Shown here: positions 28,337 to 34,246 of the stretch, in pieces
How positions within the stretch are numbered: position 1 is the stretch's first letter
How the letters are laid out: each line of letters begins with the position of its first letter
IMG/VR virus record: IMGVR_UViG_2061766007_000575
Direction: 5' to 3' (one strand)
DNA: 34,246 nt
Origin: an uncultured virus (IMG/VR IMGVR_UViG_2061766007_000575)
Taxonomy: Duplodnaviria > Heunggongvirae > Uroviricota > Caudoviricetes
Made by a program: the position numbers and the translations under genes
The notes under the pieces: model-generated
Database searches by the model: none
Seen by the model: the letters and a program-made list of their open reading frames with translations, nothing else
Told to the model about the DNA's origin: nothing

Positions 28337-28966
28337 CTAATTAATTAAAAGTTTATCAGCATAAGGTAATGTTTCTATCCATTTACAGAATATTTTCCAT
28401 TCTGGTAAAGCGTGATTTTTTCTTTGTAGATATATGTTACGCAAGCATCGGTAGTTTGTTGCAATGCGCGCAGTGATTTTAAAACCTGATGGATTTGAAT
28501 ATAAGATTTCAAGATATTTATTTTGTAAACAAGATAAACGATATGTCTCTGCGGCAACGCCAAGAGTTTTTACTTTACATATATCATTATATTCTTTAAT
28601 TTTTTCTTTCATGATTTCTATAATGCGTGGATCGACATAGTTGATATATTGTTTATCTAAGTCGAATTTAGTAATACAATGCATTGTAGATTGAGAACTT
28701 ACAAACTCTAAAAATCTATATCGCTCTGCTTCTAACCAAGCCTTATTAGTAAAAGTTAAATCAAAATTAACTCTTATACCAGTCATAAATTGATTATGTG
28801 CGCCATTGCCAGTTTTTGTGGCTTCATTGAGCGTTTCGGCGCGACCGACATCTTTTTGATCAAAGGGATGGATGAGGTTTTCTGTCCTCATCGGGTAACC
28901 ACTTGCAATTAAAGATTCTTCTAAATCATAAATTTTTACATTATTAATAATATCGCTAATTTCCAT
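28337..28966 (-). CDS. Divergent ThyX-like (flavin-dependent thymidylate synthase fold) protein
   Basis: 'HNQFM', 'EAERYRFLEFVSSQSTMH' and 'TNYRCLRNIYLQRKNHALPEW' align in position with the ThyX H.S..E / RHR..S...S.R / N.R......R motifs. Nucleotide-metabolism context. Start at 28966 behind AAGGAG. Confidence 0.55.
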   Translation of the reverse strand: MEISDIINNVKIYDLEESLIASGYPMRTENLIHPFDQKDVGRAETLNEATKTGNGAHNQFMTGIRVNFDLTFTNKAWLEAERYRFLEFVSSQSTMHCITKFDLDKQYINYVDPRIIEIMKEKIKEYNDICKVKTLGVAAETYRLSCLQNKYLEILYSNPSGFKITARIATNYRCLRNIYLQRKNHALPEWKIFCKWIETLPYADKLLIN

Positions 28967-28967
28967 T

Positions 28968-29153
28968 TTACTCCTTGGTTTTGAAGTAGAGGCCACAATG
29001 GCATAAACCTTCTTTTTGTTCTCTAAATTCTTTACACATACAACGGGTATCTACTGTTTTTATTAGTTTACAAGGACAATATCCTTCGTTGGCTTTTACG
29101 GCGCGAAAGATAGCTTCTGCTTTTTCTTTATCTGGATTAAAATAAATTGACAT
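28968..29153 (-). CDS. Ferredoxin:thioredoxin reductase catalytic-subunit-like protein (FTR beta / FDR-like)
   Basis: 61 aa with 'GYCPC', 'CMC' and 'GLCHCGLY', matching the CPC/CPC/CHC FTR signature. Confidence 0.85.
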   Translation of the reverse strand: MSIYFNPDKEKAEAIFRAVKANEGYCPCKLIKTVDTRCMCKEFREQKEGLCHCGLYFKTKE

Positions 29154-29643
29154 CACTAACCCTCTTACCATATTGATTATCACTAGCGAGTTTTACGCCA
29201 AGGACTTCATCAAAATGCGGTTCTTGGTTTGGCTCATAGCGACCAAATTTTATAATAATGTTTGGATATTTGCTAATGTTTTGAAAGACGATTGCAAGAT
29301 AGGCAATAACAGATATTCTAAATTCATCTTCTGTATAACCAGTATAGATGACAATATCATCATCACATTTATACTTGTTGCGCAAGCAGTCAATAAAGCT
29401 CATTAAATCAAAAGGAGTATCAAAAGGCTCTAATCCGCCAAGAACAACAGCAGATGTCAAAGGATTTTTTAGGTATCTTTGACATACATCTTCTACTGGT
29501 ATATCAATTATTGAATTGTTAATTAAAGACGCATTTTGACATATATCTTTCCCGCATTTAAAATCGCATTTAGGAAAAGCAATATACATTGAACACTTTT
29601 TATAATTAACAATATCTTCATCAATTAAGCCAATGATTTTCAT
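29137..29643 (-). CDS. nrdG: Anaerobic RNR activating enzyme (radical SAM)
   Basis: 'CDFKCGKDICQN', 'VVLGGLEPF', 'IVIYTGY', 'KFGRY', 'LASDNQ'. An allelic copy of the N-terminus lies at 29654-29767 across the N gap. Confidence 0.85.
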   Translation of the reverse strand: MKIIGLIDEDIVNYKKCSMYIAFPKCDFKCGKDICQNASLINNSIIDIPVEDVCQRYLKNPLTSAVVLGGLEPFDTPFDLMSFIDCLRNKYKCDDDIVIYTGYTEDEFRISVIAYLAIVFQNISKYPNIIIKFGRYEPNQEPHFDEVLGVKLASDNQYGKRVSDVNLF

Positions 29644-29763
29644 NNNNNNNNNNTGCATTTTGACATATATTTTTCCCGCATTTAAAATCGCATTTAGGAA
29701 AAGCAATATACATTGAGCACTTTTTATAATTAACAATATCTTCATCAATTAAGCCAATGATTT

Positions 29764-29979
29764 TCATTTTGAATCATCCTCAATTTTTAATTGAAACTGC
29801 TCCATAGCTTCATTATAGCCTGCAATTCGTTCTTCTAATAGTCTTTGTTTTATATGATCCCATGCTGCAGGAAATAAACTACCTATCACAAATGAGAAGC
29901 TTACGTCTTTGGCGCCGACTGCTTCACTTTTTTCGACTATTTTTTTTATTTGACTAAGCGATACAGTCAATTCGTCCAT
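29764..29979 (-). CDS. Hypothetical protein between nrdD and nrdG
   Basis: 71 aa with GGAGG RBS inside the nrdD 3' end; ATGA coupling to the nrdG start at 29767. Confidence 0.6.
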   Translation of the reverse strand: MDELTVSLSQIKKIVEKSEAVGAKDVSFSFVIGSLFPAAWDHIKQRLLEERIAGYNEAMEQFQLKIEDDSK

Positions 29980-32086
29980 TTACATCCTCCCATCCTCTCA
30001 TTTTGAATTCTTCTTTTCTTTGTTTTCCCCAAGTTTTTATAGGTACATAAAAGCCTACTACTCGGGTATATTCTGTTGCGACAGGTTCACCACAAACTGG
30101 ACATTTAGTGCCAAAGAAAGCGTGATTGTGTTTACAGGCTTGAATTTTTGTGTTAAAAGCAAAATAGGTTAAGCCTTGATCTGCTATATATTCAGTCAGC
30201 GCCCAAGCTTGATCAAAGTTAGTGAAAGGAGCCTCTATATTGATGTGCGCGATTGAGCCGCCATTACAATAGGAATCAAAAAGACTAGCAATTCTGACTC
30301 TTTCTTGCATTGTAGTCTTAATTCCAAGAGGAATAAACTGATTACCATAAAGTGGTAAGTCGTCAACTACTCTATCTGGATAAAGAAGAGCATCTGCCTT
30401 TTGCATTTTAACNNNNNNNNNNACGAACTCTTTCTTGCATTGTAGTTTTAATTCCTAGAGGAATAAACTGATTGCCATAAAGTGGTAAGTCATCAACTAC
30501 TCTATCTGGATAAAGAAGAGCATCTGCCTTTTGCATTTTAACTGCCGCGGTTTCACCTGGAATTTGCTCGCAATTTATTTTATAATCTTTATCTAAAGCG
30601 AACTGGTCTTTAGTACGATGAATAACTTCAAAAATCTTCTTTCCGAAGCGGTCGGCGCTCTCTGTATAGAAAGTATTACCAAATTCATCTTTTCTTGTAT
30701 ATCCAAAAGTTTTCATTGTTTCATAGATACCAATGAAGCCTATTGTATTATATAAATGTTCAAAATCAACCAAGCCTTTTGAAAAGTTTGGAAGAAGTCC
30801 TTTCTCAACATTGCGCTGAATGATATGACGTACAACATCTAAAACTTTACAATCTAATTCAACTATATCCCGAAGTGCAACCAAATACTCTTGTTCTGTC
30901 TGATACATGAGAGCCAGTCGCGCCAAATTCACCGTCGAAACTTTAACTGAACCAACTTTCAGTGCCGTACCACCAATTGAATTGAAGTAACCTAAATCAT
31001 CAATATTACTTTTAAGACGGCAACAATTAGAAAGACTTGTGACACTATCATCAATAAAGAGGTTTGCATCTGCCCACTGCATATTATGTTTAATTGCCCA
31101 GCGCGCAAATTCTTCATCTGCAAATTTACCATTCTGTCGNNNNNNNNNNAACACTATCATCAATAAAGAGATTTGCATCTGCCCATTGCATATTATGCTT
31201 AATTGCCCAGCGCGCAAATTCTTCATCTGCAAATTTACCATTCTGTCGNNNNNNNNNNTGCAGCCTCTTCCATAAAGACTTTTTGAAATTTACAAATTTC
31301 TTCAAGCTCATCAATCATAAAACTGCCATCGGGGAATTGCGCGCCACCAAACAGTGCCTCAAGATAAGGATGATCAAAAACGCTCACATTAGTAAAAGCA
31401 CTCTGCATACCATCGCGCACATAGGGCTGATTTATGGCATAGATAAAGCGCTGAATTTGCTGTTTTTGATGATATTCTGGACTTTTTGTTGCATATCCTT
31501 CTTCGCAGTCCTTTTTCCAAAAATAATACATATATGGAATGAGATTTGGAAGACCTACAGCGCCGGAACTTCTGTTAGCTGCAAAACTAATATATTCTTT
31601 GACAAAATCAACAAAAGATTCAAGATGCTGTGGTGGTTCTGGATTAAAATTGTCTAAAAAGAACAACCCTTTTTCTGCTAAATCTTTTAAATCATAAGCA
31701 AAACAGTAATGAACATATGTACAAGTATCACTGTCATGCATATACAGAAGTTTTGTCCATTCGGCGCGCAGCCAATCATTTGCAGTTTTAAATCCATATT
31801 TTTTATTGAGTTCATAATGAATTTTATTGAAGGCTAAAAGTTTGCGATGCGGTTTTGGCATTTCATTCATAAGAGTTCTCATATCCTTATTGCCAACATT
31901 AGCATTTCCATCTATTGAAGCATCAGCAACTGTTTCACTATCAATAAAATTATCAATAAAATCAGTTAAACTAAGCTGACTATCACCAAAACCATTTAAA
32001 TAGGCAAATTCTTCACCATATTCTGTTTGTAACTTATTAAATTGAGTCGTAAAGTTCTTTTTTAATCTTATATTTACTTCTGCCAT
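29954..32086 (-). CDS. nrdD: Class III (anaerobic) ribonucleotide reductase, fragmented by three scaffold gaps with duplicates
   Basis: 'YCFAYDL', 'QSAFTNVS', finger loop 'SNCCRL', 'GSVKVSTVNL', 'EQIPGE', 'NGGSIAH', Zn site 'CKHNH...CPVC', glycyl-radical motif 'TRVVGF'. Confidence 0.92.
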
Positions 32087-32087
32087 T

Positions 32088-32294
32088 TTATCCCTCCAAA
32101 GAATTAACCCATTTTACGGCTTCTCCGAAGGGAAAGCTTTGTCCATCAATTTTTAAAACTGGAACCTCTGTGTAGCCTAGCGCCAGCATTTCGTCAACAT
32201 TAGTATGTTCAGTATATTGGACACCTTTAAGTTCAAGTTTCTTTTCTAATGCAAGACATTTGGGACAATGGGTTGTATATAATTCTACATTCAA
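32088..32294 (-). CDS. nrdH: Glutaredoxin-like NrdH redoxin
   Basis: 68 aa with 'YTTHCPKC' and 'VPVLKIDG'; immediately upstream of nrdD. Confidence 0.85.
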   Translation of the reverse strand: MNVELYTTHCPKCLALEKKLELKGVQYTEHTNVDEMLALGYTEVPVLKIDGQSFPFGEAVKWVNSLEG

Positions 32295-32488
32295 TCTGCC
32301 GAAGCCTCCTTATAACAATAGATACAATATCCATCTTGGAAATTATGTTTACATTGTTTTTGGAGTTCTTCATTTTCTTTTAAAAGTTGCGCCACGGTAT
32401 TATTTAAAGTAAACTTATTTGGAGTTAGTAAATTTTCAATCATTTGATTATTATAATCAATTTTTGTTTTAATGTCTTTAACGTTCAA
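32291..32488 (-). CDS. Hypothetical protein with C-terminal CxH...CxxC
   Basis: 65 aa; 'CKHNFQDGYCIYC'; coupled to its neighbours. Confidence 0.55.
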   Translation of the reverse strand: MNVKDIKTKIDYNNQMIENLLTPNKFTLNNTVAQLLKENEELQKQCKHNFQDGYCIYCYKEASAD

Positions 32489-33596
32489 GTTCTATTTTCC
32501 CTCCTTGGATGTGTGCTCCGCTATTTTCATAAAACATTTTAAATAGGTTAGGATAGTTTTTTTGAGCATAGGAAAAAATTTCTATTGCTTCCGGCTGTAT
32601 AATTATTTCGTTATGATATTGATCTTTTTCTCTTAATTGTTTAACAAAATAGAAAAGGGAACTTGTTTTTTTTCCATTACCAGTTCTTCCATAGGCTGTA
32701 AATAGATTAAACATTTTTTTAATTTCAGGCGGAACTAAAAAACTATCGTTACATATAAGTAGAAAATGTTTGCAGTTTTTATATAGAAATAAGACTTGTG
32801 TATAAATTTTTATTAGGGCTTCTTCTGAAAAATCATCTGGGCCGTATGACGCCGGCAAGGGATTATAAATTATATTTTTGGATTGAGTAAGATTAATTTG
32901 AGATATAATCGTAGCTAATTCTTCATCAGTAAACATTCCATTGTACTGAAGAAGAAAGTTAATTGATGCAAAAGTAAAATAAAGCCATTTAGAAAAACTA
33001 ATATAGTCTGAACAGATAATTGGAAACTTATTACATAAACTAATTTTTTGTTTGCTTGAAAAACGATATTTTTCCATTATAAGTGTAATGTTTTCCGCAG
33101 CAAGCTCTATATCATTTAAATTATAATCATGTAAAAAGAAAACCCGAGCCTTTGTGTTGCGAGGAATTTGCTTTTCAAAATCTTTCCAAATTGTCTTTCC
33201 ATCAAGTGATAAACGAAAATGTACGCCATGCGTTAATGTTGTATAAAATAATTTATTAAGAGCCTTGTCTGCGAGAAACTGACTTTTATATCTATCATAA
33301 ATTGTCACATCCGGCGCGCACCGCTCAATTTCTTCTTTCATTGGAATATATCTATTGCCGGAGAAGGCTTTGCCGCCGAAAACAAGATTGTCATGTTTAT
33401 TTAAATCACTTTGAAAGTCTCCATCATTAAAATCTTTTCTATAAAAGAATTTTGTATATCGCTCTGGCGCGAAAGAAGGAGCCATAACAGTTATTTCCTT
33501 CTTTCGCTTATAATAGGTTGAGAGCTTCATTAACTCAAGATTAAAAATTGTTTGATGATATTTGAAGAAGTCGGCGTCATATAAACCTACACTCAT
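32478..33596 (-). CDS. Degenerate radical-SAM-family-like protein (no CxxxCxxC)
   Basis: The N-terminus 'VGLYDAD..FNLELMKLSTYYK..GGKAF..EEIERCAPDVTIY' resembles a phage radical-SAM family N-domain; the cluster-binding motif is absent. Confidence 0.45.
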   Translation of the reverse strand: MSVGLYDADFFKYHQTIFNLELMKLSTYYKRKKEITVMAPSFAPERYTKFFYRKDFNDGDFQSDLNKHDNLVFGGKAFSGNRYIPMKEEIERCAPDVTIYDRYKSQFLADKALNKLFYTTLTHGVHFRLSLDGKTIWKDFEKQIPRNTKARVFFLHDYNLNDIELAAENITLIMEKYRFSSKQKISLCNKFPIICSDYISFSKWLYFTFASINFLLQYNGMFTDEELATIISQINLTQSKNIIYNPLPASYGPDDFSEEALIKIYTQVLFLYKNCKHFLLICNDSFLVPPEIKKMFNLFTAYGRTGNGKKTSSLFYFVKQLREKDQYHNEIIIQPEAIEIFSYAQKNYPNLFKMFYENSGAHIQGGKIELER

Positions 33597-34246
33597 TCAT
33601 CATCACCTGCTCTCGCGCCGGAGACTTTAATATTACCTTTATCATCTATTTCGGTTATTAGCTCAACTAAATGATATGGGGTTCTTGCATATTTCTTTGC
33701 AATAAAACTATCTTCACGCCGAATACCAGTTACTATAATTTTATTTCCTCGACTTAACCACGACTTTTCAATAACATGCTTCTTACCATCGGCTCCGCGC
33801 TCACTAAGCTGTTTATCATAATGAGTAAACACTTGACCAAAAATCTTTACTGTTACAACTCCACTCTTTGTAAGCAAAGTTACCATTTTCTTTGCTTTAT
33901 CCTTATCAAGAACTGTTCCCATAATTCGAGTTATTTTAAATAGAGGAACTTTTTTACCTTTTATAAAAATTACTCTATCAACAGGAGGTTCTTCGGGTAA
34001 CTCATAAAAGTCGCTAAAATCATATAACTTCTCTCTTACTTTTGCTAATTCGTGTTCGTGGGAATAGAAGGATACAGAATCCATTTCCCATTTACTAATC
34101 GTTCCAAGACAATATTTATTCCATGTATCACTCATCAATCTTGTGTTAATTACATTGAGTAACTCATCATGATGAGCTTTTACATATGGACGAACCTTAT
34201 CCATATTCTTTTTATAAATATTATCCCAAGAAGTTTGTTTGATGCG
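33593..34246 (-). CDS. dnaE: DNA polymerase III alpha subunit, C-terminal OB-fold part (5' truncated by the window)
   Basis: 'WEMDSVSFYSHEHEL' corresponds to the DnaE 'E...GFY.S.HPL' motif, followed by an OB fold ('IMGTVLDK..VTLLT..VTVKIF..KIIVTG'). Frame is open to the window end. Confidence 0.75.
   Translation of the reverse strand, partial: RIKQTSWDNIYKKNMDKVRPYVKAHHDELLNVINTRLMSDTWNKYCLGTISKWEMDSVSFYSHEHELAKVREKLYDFSDFYELPEEPPVDRVIFIKGKKVPLFKITRIMGTVLDKDKAKKMVTLLTKSGVVTVKIFGQVFTHYDKQLSERGADGKKHVIEKSWLSRGNKIIVTGIRREDSFIAKKYARTPYHLVELITEIDDKGNIKVSGARAGDDE

Noticed and set aside
29954..32086. nrdD split by introns/inteins or pseudogenised
   Set aside because: All breaks coincide with 10-N scaffold gaps and duplicated flanks; no intron or intein sequence is visible.
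1..34246. CRISPR array, tRNA/rRNA genes, integrase, lysis genes, alternative genetic code
   Set aside because: No regularly spaced repeats or RNA-gene signatures were seen, intergenic spaces are very short, and long ORFs are intact in the standard code.

Overview
A 34 kb, AT-rich piece of a large tailed-phage genome with Firmicutes-type GGAGG ribosome-binding sites, probably infecting an anaerobic Clostridia-like host. The + strand (1-25307) is a nearly complete siphovirus morphogenesis module whose gene order resembles the Bacillus SPbeta yonE-yomG block: portal (partial), protease/scaffold, decoration-like protein, major capsid, head-tail joining genes, a tail tube plus a tube paralog, a ~2660 aa tape measure protein, Dit, a 1735 aa Tal/tail-tip protein and an FN3-like protein. 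A convergent - strand operon (34246-25344) encodes the DnaE C-terminus, a degenerate radical-SAM-like protein, NrdH, class III ribonucleotide reductase NrdD, NrdG, a ferredoxin:thioredoxin-reductase-like (FTR) subunit, a divergent ThyX-like protein, a free-standing homing endonuclease, an extended dUTPase and a Zn-ribbon RuvC. Nine 10-N scaffold gaps are flanked by duplicated allelic fragments, which points to a mixed-strain assembly, and they break several genes artificially. Main points of interest: (i) a self-contained FTR-NrdH-NrdD (redoxin-dependent type)-NrdG module in a phage; (ii) strong over-representation of the dispersed hexamer GGCGCG/CGCGCC; (iii) short Tyr-rich modules inserted into three different tail proteins; (iv) an internal in-frame scaffold start. 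All product calls come from motif recognition and synteny, with no database search.
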